The notes below the pieces were generated by a model. It saw nothing but the letters and a program-made list of their open reading frames with translations, was not told the DNA's origin and made no database searches. Below are positions 27,566 to 37,753 of a stretch of 64,000 nt of DNA, one piece after another. The DNA comes from a virus. Numbering within the stretch: position 1 is the first letter of the stretch; every line of letters begins with the position of its first letter. A program made the position numbers and the translations under genes. The stretch is taken from IMG/VR virus record IMGVR_UViG_3300032753_000007, positions 32,001 to 96,000 of that record; one strand, 5' to 3'.

Positions 27566-30500
27566 CACTATTATCTACAGATGCTTTTACAACACAATTT
27601 GTTACACGACAATTAAATAAACTCAGCACTGTATCTCGTTTACGATCAGTTGATGATTTTGAATTACCTGAAAATGCGATTATTCATTATGTTAGTGATA
27701 GCGATCAGGTATTAGGCATTACTAAATCTAACGATATGATTAGAAGTACTAGCGATGTTTATACTTATCACGTTGATGCATTAGAGGGTAAAGAAGGCCA
27801 TTATAGTAAATCAGAAACTACACTAAATGCTTTAATTACAAAATACCATCAGTTTAATTTAGGTATTAAACGCATTAATAATCTGTCAAGTGTATTAGAA
27901 AAAGTTAAACAGCCTATTGTAGTTAACTATAGCATGTTACCTTCTTTATACAAATATACTGTTTCTTCATTATCAGTCTATTACGAGTGGTTAAATATAC
28001 GGACTACTATTTGGCACCATATTAAAGAAATAGGCAGCGATAAGCTTCATTTTATAGTTTATAAAATACCTGAAGTATTAATTACTAAAAATGATTTAAA
28101 CAAATATGCCCATAATTTTAAACCTGATGCGTTAGAATTATTTACTGATATTAATAATTTAAACCTATTAGAGCTATGGCGAATGTTAGGCGAAAATAAT
28201 ACTACATTAGAAAGTGAAATGGATGAATTACTTTTAAGTAAAGTACATATCGTATTTATTGAAAGTAGACATATCGGTATTTTTACATTAAAGTCTTTTA
28301 TTGATTGGGGTAAAAGCGATGGCTCTAAAGCTAAGATAGAGTTTTATAATTTCTTAGATAATTTAATTGCTAAACGCTCTAACTTAGAATCTGAAAAACT
28401 AATTAAAGAAGCAGGTGAAGAGCCTGAACAAGGTGAAATTAATAATGATAAAATTCATCAATTAATTAATGAAAAAGCAGAAAACGGCTTATTATCTACT
28501 AATGAAAAGAAAGCTTTATTAAAACTATCTGAAAAACATAAAACAGTAATAGACCCTGTTACTGGTTTAACGTTAGATAAAATAGCTGTTAAAAATACTG
28601 AATTAGTATTAAAGAAAAAACCACTCATTAAAGATAATAATACTATTTTTGATAAGTCTATGCTATACAGTAGCATTAGAGATTTAGACAAGCAATATAT
28701 TGAAGAAGGCTTATTACATCGGCATATGATAGAATCCGTAATGATGTTACATCCAGCAGGTGTCATTGTTAAAGATATGCGTGTTAAAGATAAAATGACA
28801 GCCGCTACTAAAGCAACTGTATATAGTTTTTCTTTACAGCCTATTAATGGGCCTTCATCTACTATTACTTTTCCTATCCCTAAAATTAATCCAGATGGTA
28901 CATTTTTAGCTGGTGGTGTTTTATATCGAATGGATAAGCAACATGGTGAAATGCCAATTGCTAAAATTAAACACGATACAGTTAAATTAACTAGCTATTA
29001 CGGCACTATCTTTATTAATCGATCTGAAAGTACAGTGACTAATCTATCTAAATGGATAGTCAATGCATTAGTTAAATTGACTAAAGCAGGATCAGTTACT
29101 AATTTAGTTTATGGTATTACTACTAAATTTGATAAAAACTTACCTAGACAATATACAGCCATAATGAAAAGTATTAGTCGGTTTAATTATCAGACTACTG
29201 AAGTTAATTATAGCTTTTATTTTACCTATAGTAAGCTTAGTAATTTCTTTTCAGAAACAGAAATAGCTAAATTTGCTAATAGTAAGTTAGTAGGTTGTGG
29301 TAGAAATGAAAAGACAGGTAATCTATTAGTCATGGATGAGTTAGGTGATGTAATAGAGTTACAAGATAACTCACCACTTAACTTAGGCAAGATACAGAAT
29401 ATACTATCTGATACAGGTGGCCCTATTGAATATACTGAAATGGGTTTATTAAATAGACGTATTCCAGTAATAATGGCTATGTGTTATGTACATGGATTTA
29501 CTAAAATTTTATCTGAATTAAAAGTACCTCTTGTTCAACATCCAGCAGGCACTAGAGTGCCCTATAAGCCAAAAACTTATGTATTAAAATTTAAAGATGT
29601 CGTTATTGAATTACCTTATAGAAATGTAGAAGAAGAATTACTATTCGGCGGGTTTATGCCATTTCGTAAAGATTTAATCAATTTCCGTAGTGGCGATTTA
29701 AATAAACGAACTGCTTATTCTAATTTATTAAGTGGTAATGGATTATCTACTTATCATTTTAGAGAATTATTATTAATGTGGGATATGTACATTGATCCTA
29801 TTACAGCTGCACTATTACGAGAAACTGATGCACCTACGGACATCTTTAATGTTATATTAGCAGCTAATCGTTTATTAATTAACGATGCTATGCCTGATTA
29901 TACGACTGTACGGTATAAAGGCTATGAAAGACTATGTGGGTTTATGTATAAAGAGCTTATTGGTGCAGTTAAAGCACACCGTGCTAAAGGCGCTTTAAGT
30001 GATGTAGGCATTACTATTAAACCTAATGGTGTTTGGTTAAATATATTGGAAGATCAATCTATTGTCTTAGTAGAACAAAGTAACCCTATTCATAATTTAA
30101 AAGAGCAAGAAAGCTTTACTCATGCAGGTGCTGGCGGTAAGTCCGCCATTACTATGGTAGCTGCTACACGTGGTTTTAAAGACAGCGATTTAGGTGTTGT
30201 ATCTGAAGCTACACCTGATTCTGCTAAAGTAGGTATTAGAGCTATGTTAACGCCTAATGCTAATATTGTTAATCTATTAGGTATGGTTAAACAATATGAA
30301 GAAGATAAAGATGGTATTAGTTCAGTTATATCTACAACTGCTATGTTAGCACCAGGCATTACCCATGATGATGGAAAACGATGGAACTTTAATAATGTTC
30401 AAATGTCACATGGTGTAGCTGCGATTGGTTATCAACCGTTACCCTATCGTACTGGTTATGAGCAAACAATTGCTAATCGTGTTAGTGATTTATTTGCTAC

Positions 30501-31512
30501 TGTAGCTACAGGTAATGGTTTTGTTTCTGAGATTAAATCATCTGGCATTACAATTACTTATGATGATGGTTCTAGTAAAACGTATTTCTTAGGTGTTAAA
30601 CACGGCATTGTATCGGGCAGTACTATACCACATCACATTGTAACGCATTTAAATAAAAATGATAAAGTTATTAAAGATCAAGTCATTTGTTATAATGACG
30701 GGTTCTTTACAACAGGCGAATTAGATCCAAAAAGCATTATTTATAAACACGGCGTTATTTGTAGAATCGCATTAGCTGAAGATAGCGATACATTAGAAGA
30801 CGGTTGCGTTATATCAAAAGGATTAGCTGATAAACTATTAACACCTACATCAGAAGTCTATGGCATTGTTTGTGACTTTAGTATGGCAATACATAATTTA
30901 GTTACTATTGGACAACGCGTTACACCTGAAACTATTTTGTGTATTCTTGAGCATAGCTATGAAGGTGCTGCAGAAAAAGATTCTGATGCAATTTGGGCAT
31001 TAAGTCAATTGAGCAATATATCGCCTAAATGTAAAGTCTATGGTACAGTCAGCGATATTGAAGTAGTTTACTTTGGTAAGCTAGAAGATATGTCACCTTC
31101 TTTAGCTGAAGTCGTTAGACACTACGATGCAATACGAAATCGTAATGTTAAAACCTATTCTTTAAATGAAGCTAAATCAGGTGAAATCGATGAAACAATT
31201 CGTGTATCAGGTAAAAAGCTAATTAAGAATCAAGCAGCTATTAAGATATATGTGGATTATATTTTAGATATGGGTGATGGCGATAAGATCGTTATAGGCC
31301 ATCCATTAAAAACAACCATTAGTCGAGTAGACATTAATCCTATGACAACTGACGATGGTGTTGAAGTAGATGCTTTATTTGGCGCTCAATCGGTATCAGC
31401 GCGTATTGTAAAATCTGCTGAAATATGTGGATTATCAAATGAAGTAATGTGTAAATTATCAGTAGATTTTGGTGAAATGGTTTTAAAACTTAATGAAGGA
31501 GATAACAAATGA
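27562..31512 (+). CDS. Virion RNA polymerase beta subunit, main fragment (phiKZ gp178-like)
   Basis: DGTFLAGG, SEATPDSAKVG, HDDGKR..F...Q..H, TLEDGCVIS, GDKIVIGHPLKT. Confidence 0.9.
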   Translation: MTLLSTDAFTTQFVTRQLNKLSTVSRLRSVDDFELPENAIIHYVSDSDQVLGITKSNDMIRSTSDVYTYHVDALEGKEGHYSKSETTLNALITKYHQFNLGIKRINNLSSVLEKVKQPIVVNYSMLPSLYKYTVSSLSVYYEWLNIRTTIWHHIKEIGSDKLHFIVYKIPEVLITKNDLNKYAHNFKPDALELFTDINNLNLLELWRMLGENNTTLESEMDELLLSKVHIVFIESRHIGIFTLKSFIDWGKSDGSKAKIEFYNFLDNLIAKRSNLESEKLIKEAGEEPEQGEINNDKIHQLINEKAENGLLSTNEKKALLKLSEKHKTVIDPVTGLTLDKIAVKNTELVLKKKPLIKDNNTIFDKSMLYSSIRDLDKQYIEEGLLHRHMIESVMMLHPAGVIVKDMRVKDKMTAATKATVYSFSLQPINGPSSTITFPIPKINPDGTFLAGGVLYRMDKQHGEMPIAKIKHDTVKLTSYYGTIFINRSESTVTNLSKWIVNALVKLTKAGSVTNLVYGITTKFDKNLPRQYTAIMKSISRFNYQTTEVNYSFYFTYSKLSNFFSETEIAKFANSKLVGCGRNEKTGNLLVMDELGDVIELQDNSPLNLGKIQNILSDTGGPIEYTEMGLLNRRIPVIMAMCYVHGFTKILSELKVPLVQHPAGTRVPYKPKTYVLKFKDVVIELPYRNVEEELLFGGFMPFRKDLINFRSGDLNKRTAYSNLLSGNGLSTYHFRELLLMWDMYIDPITAALLRETDAPTDIFNVILAANRLLINDAMPDYTTVRYKGYERLCGFMYKELIGAVKAHRAKGALSDVGITIKPNGVWLNILEDQSIVLVEQSNPIHNLKEQESFTHAGAGGKSAITMVAATRGFKDSDLGVVSEATPDSAKVGIRAMLTPNANIVNLLGMVKQYEEDKDGISSVISTTAMLAPGITHDDGKRWNFNNVQMSHGVAAIGYQPLPYRTGYEQTIANRVSDLFATVATGNGFVSEIKSSGITITYDDGSSKTYFLGVKHGIVSGSTIPHHIVTHLNKNDKVIKDQVICYNDGFFTTGELDPKSIIYKHGVICRIALAEDSDTLEDGCVISKGLADKLLTPTSEVYGIVCDFSMAIHNLVTIGQRVTPETILCILEHSYEGAAEKDSDAIWALSQLSNISPKCKVYGTVSDIEVVYFGKLEDMSPSLAEVVRHYDAIRNRNVKTYSLNEAKSGEIDETIRVSGKKLIKNQAAIKIYVDYILDMGDGDKIVIGHPLKTTISRVDINPMTTDDGVEVDALFGAQSVSARIVKSAEICGLSNEVMCKLSVDFGEMVLKLNEGDNK

Positions 31513-31727
31513 GTGCAGTAATGACAACAGGCATTAATGATGTGCCTGGTAATGGCGACGTTATTGAACATGCTAGAGCAGCACGCGTAGGTGCTTGTGC
31601 AGTGAGCTTAGGCGTAGCTATTGTAAAAGAGTTAATTGGTAATGAAATTGGTAAAGAGGGCTTTAGTGATGAGTCATTGCCTGATATGATGGCTGCCGCT
31701 ATCAATAGCCATATTAGAGGATTATAA
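31509..31727 (+). CDS. Small hypothetical protein
   Basis: AAGGAG SD; ATGA-coupled to the RNAP beta gene. Confidence 0.65.
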   Translation: MSAVMTTGINDVPGNGDVIEHARAARVGACAVSLGVAIVKELIGNEIGKEGFSDESLPDMMAAAINSHIRGL

Positions 31728-31729
31728 TC

Positions 31730-33142
31730 ATGTTAACAGTAAGAGCAGCAGAACTCGGTACTGATATGGCATTTTCTCTTTCTACGTGTTGCGAAAATGA
31801 TCATAATCAGAAACGAAGGACTTTATATTCCAAATCAGGCACACCTGTTAATAATGCGTTATTAACATTAACCCCTATTGAAAACACTATTAATGCTAAG
31901 AGTATTTCAGATGATTCTATTGCTACTAAAAGTAGTTATGGTAATCATGCGGATATTCAAAATCAAACTGCTATTAAAGCTTCGCATACTATTGCTAATA
32001 TACTCAACACAGCTCAAAATACAATTAATCCTATTTGTAGAGAGCTACGTGAAGCTATTACAAAAGCAAAAGAATTAGCAGCAGCTAGACGCGTTAACAT
32101 TATAGGCAATATTATTCAAGTTGATGTACCTGCTATTTTTACTAATAGCACATTAACTGATATGACTGAACAATATCTAAATGCTTCTATAGATAGGTTT
32201 ATTAAAATAACTGAATTATCAGTTATTTTAAATAATAACTTTAGTGATGAAGAATGTAGAATTCTTATTCAAACAAACTCATCAGGTTTAGATCAAGCGG
32301 TTGATGCGTTTTTATCAACTGATGATTTTAACATTAGAACAATGATTAATAATACTAACTTTTACGTTGATGAGTGTGCTGTTAATAAAGCAGTAAGTAT
32401 CTTTTTATTCTGTATGGGAATAGTTAATCATCGTATTGAAAAAGCAGCAATGATTACTGATGATACGGTCTGTAATAATATGTTAAAATTACTCATGGCT
32501 ACTACAGGCGCTATTATTGCAAGAGAAAGACGTAAATCTATATTAGCGTCTAAATCAGGAAAACTATTATGCGTAGATCCTAATCGTGGTACTTATGAAC
32601 CTGAAGGCAGCATTGCTGTTTATGGTGATGCTTATCGTAAATGGTTAAAAGAAAAGGGTGGGTCACCTGAAGCCTTATTAGGGTTTGCATCTTCATTTTC
32701 ACGTAGACAAGATATGGATTATACTAGAGAAAATGATTTATTAGAAAACCCTGAAAAGTATGTAATACGCTATAAAGAAAAGCTATCTGAATTAGCTAAT
32801 ATAGCAACAATGGATGATTATGCTATTGTTAAAGATACAACACGTACTTATATTTCACGTTACATTAGAGAAAATAATAAAGATACTGCAGTTGTACAAC
32901 GACTACAGAATAACTTATCATTAGCTTATGAGCATGAGTATTATGGCGAAAAGAATTTATCTGCTTATATCATTAAAATGGTTTGTCGTACTTTTACAGA
33001 AGGCACTACCATTAAAGAGTTCTTATTGACTATGGATAATATCCTATTGCACGATCCTGAAACAGATATTCCTACTGCACGTAACTTAGCAGTTATTCAA
33101 GTAGTGGGTAAATGGATTGCCAGTCAATTAGTGGTCGCATAA
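31730..33142 (+). CDS. Conserved jumbo-phage protein (phiKZ gp177-like position)
   Basis: GAGGA SD; 470 aa; synteny downstream of vRNAP beta. Confidence 0.6.
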   Translation: MLTVRAAELGTDMAFSLSTCCENDHNQKRRTLYSKSGTPVNNALLTLTPIENTINAKSISDDSIATKSSYGNHADIQNQTAIKASHTIANILNTAQNTINPICRELREAITKAKELAAARRVNIIGNIIQVDVPAIFTNSTLTDMTEQYLNASIDRFIKITELSVILNNNFSDEECRILIQTNSSGLDQAVDAFLSTDDFNIRTMINNTNFYVDECAVNKAVSIFLFCMGIVNHRIEKAAMITDDTVCNNMLKLLMATTGAIIARERRKSILASKSGKLLCVDPNRGTYEPEGSIAVYGDAYRKWLKEKGGSPEALLGFASSFSRRQDMDYTRENDLLENPEKYVIRYKEKLSELANIATMDDYAIVKDTTRTYISRYIRENNKDTAVVQRLQNNLSLAYEHEYYGEKNLSAYIIKMVCRTFTEGTTIKEFLLTMDNILLHDPETDIPTARNLAVIQVVGKWIASQLVVA

Positions 33143-33868
33143 ATGGATGTATCGCATTTAGTACGTAATGCTGAAGCAGTACATAGTGCATTACAAGAAA
33201 CCGATAAAACACTCATTGCATTAGAACCTTGTAAAATTTACTTTCCTGAAGCGTATATGGGTGGCGAATTAGGGTATATGGGCGATGTAATTAGGGTATG
33301 TGCTATTTATGGTATTGTCGTTAAAGAAAAGTTTTTAGGTGTTAGTAGAGCCTGTGCTTTAATGGAAACAGCACCGAGTGTTATTGATATTGTTGTTATT
33401 GGTGCTATGCGATATTATGAGTTTACTTATAAAGAAGGTGATGAAGTCATTGGGAATTTAGACTTAGTTAGGCTATCTACTTTAGTATATCGCATTTATA
33501 ATGAGTTTATTACTAATGGTAAAGTGCCATGGTACTTTGATTATAATGATTTAGCCTTTATATTTGACACTGCATTATTACATGGTGGTGCTGATTTAAG
33601 AACTAACTCTACATTACTAGAAATGATAGCAGCTGTTATGGCTAGACAAACAGAAAATAAGTTTTTATATAGCAGACATGATCCTAGACTACAGCGTAAA
33701 AATTACAGTAAAAAAGTAATTAGTTATGTTGGTATGAAGTCAGTTATATATCAAGCAACGAATACATCAGCACGATTAAGTGGCAACTACTTTAATGAAG
33801 GCGTAACATCAGCACTCATTGCAACGTCAACTACCAATGAAAATATTGAAGATTTAATTAGAGGATAA
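33143..33868 (+). CDS. Conserved virion-associated protein (phiKZ gp176-like)
   Basis: 241 aa; GKVPWY..Y.DL..IFD and L.G.YF.EG..SAL motifs; synteny. Confidence 0.6.
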   Translation: MDVSHLVRNAEAVHSALQETDKTLIALEPCKIYFPEAYMGGELGYMGDVIRVCAIYGIVVKEKFLGVSRACALMETAPSVIDIVVIGAMRYYEFTYKEGDEVIGNLDLVRLSTLVYRIYNEFITNGKVPWYFDYNDLAFIFDTALLHGGADLRTNSTLLEMIAAVMARQTENKFLYSRHDPRLQRKNYSKKVISYVGMKSVIYQATNTSARLSGNYFNEGVTSALIATSTTNENIEDLIRG

Positions 33869-33882
33869 ATAAAGATTAATGC

Positions 33883-33919
33883 TACAGCCACTACACTAAT
33901 GTAGTGGCTGTATTTTTTT
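33883..33919 (+). terminator. Intrinsic terminator
   Basis: TACAGCCACTACA-ctaa-TGTAGTGGCTGTA plus T7. Confidence 0.85.
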
Positions 33920-33925
33920 GTATTC

Positions 33926-33963
33926 TAAATAATTACAAAGCTATATTATTGTTATGCAGTACA
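33926..33963 (+). promoter_or_regulatory. Putative early promoter (near-identical to 36485-36522)
   Basis: TAAATAATTACAAAGCTATATTATTGTTATGCAGTACA. Confidence 0.75.
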
Positions 33964-33996
33964 CTTAATTTAAACTCAAAATAGAGGAATACAAAA

Positions 33997-34863
33997 ATGA
34001 AAACTAATAAAACCAATGCTAAAAGAACTTCAATCTTAGAAATATTAAGCCCTGACTCATTAAACATTGGTGCTTATGCTCGTCAATGGCAACAAGATTG
34101 TAAGGAGACATATATTAAACAATATGGCGAAGAAAACATAGACAGCTGGTATAATCGGCTGAATAAGGTTTCTAAGCTAAGAAAGGAGCTAATAGCAACG
34201 GTAGATTTATTAGGACCTGAAAAGTTAAAAGATCAATTACTTATCATAAAGAATCTATTGGAACTAAAGCCAGTAGATTTAAAACAAGTCATACTTCTTG
34301 AGCTTTCTGTAACGTTCATGATTGATACTATACTAGGTAATCCAGTTGAATTTATAACAAAGGAGTTTTCAGGCACACCTGCTGAAATTACAAATAAACT
34401 AAAAGCACTAAGAATGGGTAAGATTTCTACCCATAATTACAACATACTCTCACTGCTATTTAAGTGTGAGTTTACTGAACGAGATGCTTATATTAAATCA
34501 CTTATTCTTTTAATAGAGCTACAGTATAAATATGTTATAAAACTAATGGTTGTTAACATACATGACCAAAGTTATTATAAAGAAACCATTGGTATGTGTA
34601 CGTGGGTACCAACCACTACACAAGGCGTTACCATATTGGTTAATAGAATTGAAGCTAGTAACCAATTTAAAGAAATAAATGAGAGCTTTGATAAAATTAT
34701 GGAAACACAATTACCAGAAACAAATGCTGGCTATGCCGATCCAGTAACTAATGAAGTAATAGAAGTGCCTTTGACAGATGATGAGGAAACAGAATTAGTT
34801 CCAACACAAGAAGAAAAAACTGAAGTACTACAAGCGTTTGTTAAAATGCTAGGAGTAAACTAA
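33997..34863 (+). CDS. Hypothetical protein with acidic C-terminus
   Basis: GAGGA SD; 288 aa behind the promoter. Confidence 0.7.
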   Translation: MKTNKTNAKRTSILEILSPDSLNIGAYARQWQQDCKETYIKQYGEENIDSWYNRLNKVSKLRKELIATVDLLGPEKLKDQLLIIKNLLELKPVDLKQVILLELSVTFMIDTILGNPVEFITKEFSGTPAEITNKLKALRMGKISTHNYNILSLLFKCEFTERDAYIKSLILLIELQYKYVIKLMVVNIHDQSYYKETIGMCTWVPTTTQGVTILVNRIEASNQFKEINESFDKIMETQLPETNAGYADPVTNEVIEVPLTDDEETELVPTQEEKTEVLQAFVKMLGVN

Positions 34864-34951
34864 TGGCATATATTCTATTATTAATAATCTTAGGATTTGT
34901 TGTTGCAGACATGTGCAAAGACATATCTAGAAAGTAATCGTTGGTGTAATA

Positions 34952-34983
34952 GTGTATACGTGCCTTATAAGGCACGTATACAC
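34952..34983. repeat. Perfect 32-bp palindrome
   Basis: GTGTATACGTGCCTTA|TAAGGCACGTATACAC upstream of the protease gene. Confidence 0.8.
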
Positions 34984-35021
34984 GTATCATATAGAGATGA
35001 CTATTTTTTTTGGAGAAATAT

Positions 35022-35786
35022 ATGGCAGACGCAATTAATGCAATTAAATATTCGGCTGTTGCTTTTAATAGTGGCAAGCCATTAGAATTAAAGTATGATG
35101 ATAAAGGTTATTGTAAAGTCATATTAGGTGGATTTGATATCTATAATAGGCATGGTGACTTATACCCAATGGTGCCTAAAGTAGCCGCTCTATTTGCACC
35201 AGGTGGTACTGTAAGAAGGCGTTTAGATGAAGGCACTATGAGAGGCGAATATAAGCATCCTGAATTAGTGGGTTTAACTAAAGCACAAATATTAAGACGA
35301 TTAGAAATGATAGATGAATTACTAATATCTCATCACATTAGAGATATTGAGCTAATAGAAAAGAATGATGATAAAGGTAAAAAAATGGTATTAGCAGTAG
35401 GGAGTATTAAACCTACTGGCCCTTATGCAGATCCATTAGAAAAAGAATTATCAAATAGTGAAGAAAACGTAGCATTTAGTGTAAGGTGTTTATTTGATAT
35501 TGGTCCAGGTATTCCTAGAAACGTTAGACCAGTATCGCATATCTTTACCTATGATCATGTTTATGAAGGTGGTATTTTTCTTGCTAATAAGTTTTCATCA
35601 GTAGGTTTAGAAGATATTACAAGAGAACCTATTTATTTAACAGAAGATGATTTTGATGATGCTATTGAATTAAGTAGTGTAAATGGCATTGGATTAGAAT
35701 CAGAAAAAACATACTTAACAATGATTAAAACAGATTTAGGTTGGAAAAAGATACAAGTAATGAGAACGAGCTCAATAGATTGGTAA
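35022..35786 (+). CDS. Prohead (head maturation) serine protease (phiKZ gp175-like)
   Basis: GEYKHP (His), AFSVR (Ser), TYDHV.EGG; C-terminal GLE sites consistent with autocleavage. GGAG SD favours the ATG at 35022. Confidence 0.85.
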   Translation: MADAINAIKYSAVAFNSGKPLELKYDDKGYCKVILGGFDIYNRHGDLYPMVPKVAALFAPGGTVRRRLDEGTMRGEYKHPELVGLTKAQILRRLEMIDELLISHHIRDIELIEKNDDKGKKMVLAVGSIKPTGPYADPLEKELSNSEENVAFSVRCLFDIGPGIPRNVRPVSHIFTYDHVYEGGIFLANKFSSVGLEDITREPIYLTEDDFDDAIELSSVNGIGLESEKTYLTMIKTDLGWKKIQVMRTSSIDW

Positions 35787-35796
35787 ATAGATAATC

Positions 35797-35828
35797 TATT
35801 ACTGGATAGCATTAGCTATCCAGTAATA
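35797..35828. terminator. Hairpin terminator
   Basis: TATTACTGGATAGC-atta-GCTATCCAGTAATA. Confidence 0.75.
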
Positions 35829-35844
35829 ATATTTACCGTATTTC

Positions 35845-35938
35845 ATAAATTCAAATAATTTTCATATATATATAGTTAATATGAATAAAGACAATTCCGT
35901 CTTTTCAAACGCTGCGATGAGCAGCAAGGAAAAATATT
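35845..35938 (+). promoter_or_regulatory. Cassette leader copy 3
   Basis: ATAAATTCAAATAATTTTCATATATATATAGTTAATATGAATAAAGACAATTCCGTCTTT; GCTGC-GATGA-GCAGC at 35911-35925, then AAGGA. Confidence 0.85.
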
Positions 35939-36310
35939 ATGTTTGTTTTAAAATCAGTACAACCGTTCTCTAATATAGATAACGGAAAAGTAAACTTGAC
36001 AATAACAATAACGCTAAACGGAGGTGTGGTTACAGCAAAAAGAGTAGAGTGCAGATATCTGCACGGGGTGTCCACTAACAAGCTTGTAGTAGAGAAAGAA
36101 ATCACCATTGTAGAAATGGAAGCTCTGCTTCAGTTCTACAACATTATGGACTATCTAACTCATCTCACTGATGAGTTAGTAAGAATTGAAGAAATGCCTA
36201 ATAACCACTTACATATAAGGGACTTAGAAGAGAAAATTAAGGAAATGGAAAAAACCAGTTCCTTACTAAGGAAGGCATTTCCAGATAGGATAAAAGACTT
36301 TATCTGGTAA
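35939..36310 (+). CDS. Cassette 3 cargo: hypothetical protein (candidate anti-defence)
   Basis: 123-aa ORF behind the conserved leader; internal hairpins. Confidence 0.75.
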   Translation: MFVLKSVQPFSNIDNGKVNLTITITLNGGVVTAKRVECRYLHGVSTNKLVVEKEITIVEMEALLQFYNIMDYLTHLTDELVRIEEMPNNHLHIRDLEEKIKEMEKTSSLLRKAFPDRIKDFIW

Positions 36311-36318
36311 GACTTCAG

Positions 36319-36362
36319 CTACCGCAGAGAGATTAATCTCTCTGCGGTAGTATTTTTTTTTT
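36319..36362 (+). terminator. Cassette 3 terminator, perfect 32-bp palindrome
   Basis: CTACCGCAGAGAGATT|AATCTCTCTGCGGTAG plus long T tract. Confidence 0.85.
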
Positions 36363-36484
36363 CTATTCATTTTTATATTGATATTATTACTATGCTAATT
36401 AAATATAGTTAGCTTTAACTTAATGCTTAATGAGAATTTAAAATGGAAAAAGCACCATTCATGCCACCTACTAAGTAAATTATG

Positions 36485-36522
36485 TAAATAATTACAAAGC
36501 TATATCATTACTATGCAGTACA
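36485..36522 (+). promoter_or_regulatory. Putative early promoter (near-identical to 33926-33963)
   Basis: TAAATAATTACAAAGCTATATCATTACTATGCAGTACA. Another core, GATATTATTACTATG, lies at 36380-36394. Confidence 0.75.
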
Positions 36523-36553
36523 ATCAACTCAATTAATCTAAAGGAAAAATAAA

Positions 36554-36913
36554 ATGAACAACATTGTAACTTTTGCAAAAAACACAACTACAGTTAAACA
36601 TGCTGATCCTTTTGTTGGTACGTTGCCAGCAAATGAAACTAGAGAATCTATTCTTGAAAAAGCAGCGGTTGTGGATGAATGGCGTGAGAATGTAATGAGT
36701 CATGTAGCTAATGAGGTAACCGCTCATTTCAGTACAATGGATCATAGTTTGAATCCAACTATATCAGTTGATGGCTTGTCACTAGGTGGGAAAACTACAT
36801 TAGCTGTGCATTGTAACAAAACAGACGGGTTATTTACAGTAACTGAATTTGACCACGGTGACTTAATGAAAGAGGCTTTACAAAAAAGCAAAGAATTGTT
36901 TGGACCGTTTTAA
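36554..36913 (+). CDS. Hypothetical protein
   Basis: AAGGA SD; 119 aa. Confidence 0.7.
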   Translation: MNNIVTFAKNTTTVKHADPFVGTLPANETRESILEKAAVVDEWRENVMSHVANEVTAHFSTMDHSLNPTISVDGLSLGGKTTLAVHCNKTDGLFTVTEFDHGDLMKEALQKSKELFGPF

Positions 36914-37050
36914 AAAATACAGTTAACCATCACATCTCTTACCAGGAATAAATATGAAAGTCAAACAATATATAGAAAAATTTGCTAAAGAAACACCGGT
37001 AACACGAAGATGCTAACAACAATAACACTATTGTAGAATAAACAACAATA

Positions 37051-37082
37051 ATATCACACTACCATTGTTGGTAGTGTGATAT
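37051..37082. terminator. Hairpin
   Basis: ATATCACACTACCA-ttgt-TGGTAGTGTGATAT. Confidence 0.7.
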
Positions 37083-37282
37083 ATTCTTACTCATTAATAA
37101 ATAAGGAAAATAGTGATGACACTGAATAAATTAACACTGCCCGCATTCTACAGTGCTTGAAGATGTATTGCTTGTATTTCAACTCAATGACAAACAGTTA
37201 AATAATTTAACGAGCTTATTTAGTTTATATTTAAAAGATGATGTAAAATGCATTGAATTACGCACACTTGTTAATGGAGTAA

Positions 37283-37738
37283 ATGAATATTATGATATTT
37301 GAAACAACCGGCAATATATTTGACTCTACAGCGGATTGGTTAGTAAATCCAGTTAACTGCGCTGGTGCGATGGGTAAAGGACTAGCGTTTAAGTTTAGAG
37401 AACGATATCCTTCTATGTATGCCTACTACAAAGATGAATGTCTTAAGAGAAATATAAAAGTAGGTAAAGTAAACTTCTGGAACAACAAGTCATTTGTTGT
37501 ACCTGGCATTATTTTGTTTCCTACTAAACAACACTGGGCTAATCCATCTAAACTTGAATGGATTGATAGTGGGTTAGAATATCTAAATGAATCTATTTTA
37601 GGAGGTTTTGCTGAAAACGAATCTATAGCGGTGCCTGCTATTGGGTGTGGTTATGGTGGGCTGGATATAGCAGATGTAAAACCATTAATTTACAAATGGC
37701 TAGATCCAGTCCCAAATCCAGTATACTTGTATCTGTAG
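37283..37738 (+). CDS. Macrodomain (Poa1p/DarG-like ADP-ribose glycohydrolase)
   Basis: GNIF, LVNPVNCAGAMGKGLA, FPTK.HW, SIAVPAIGCGYGGLD. Confidence 0.9.
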   Translation: MNIMIFETTGNIFDSTADWLVNPVNCAGAMGKGLAFKFRERYPSMYAYYKDECLKRNIKVGKVNFWNNKSFVVPGIILFPTKQHWANPSKLEWIDSGLEYLNESILGGFAENESIAVPAIGCGYGGLDIADVKPLIYKWLDPVPNPVYLYL

Positions 37739-37753
37739 AAAGAGGCTAAAACA

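Noticed and set aside
34841-35085. Two opposite-strand ORFs sharing the peptide VYVPYKARIH
   Set aside because: Artefact of the perfect palindrome 34952-34983 read on both strands.
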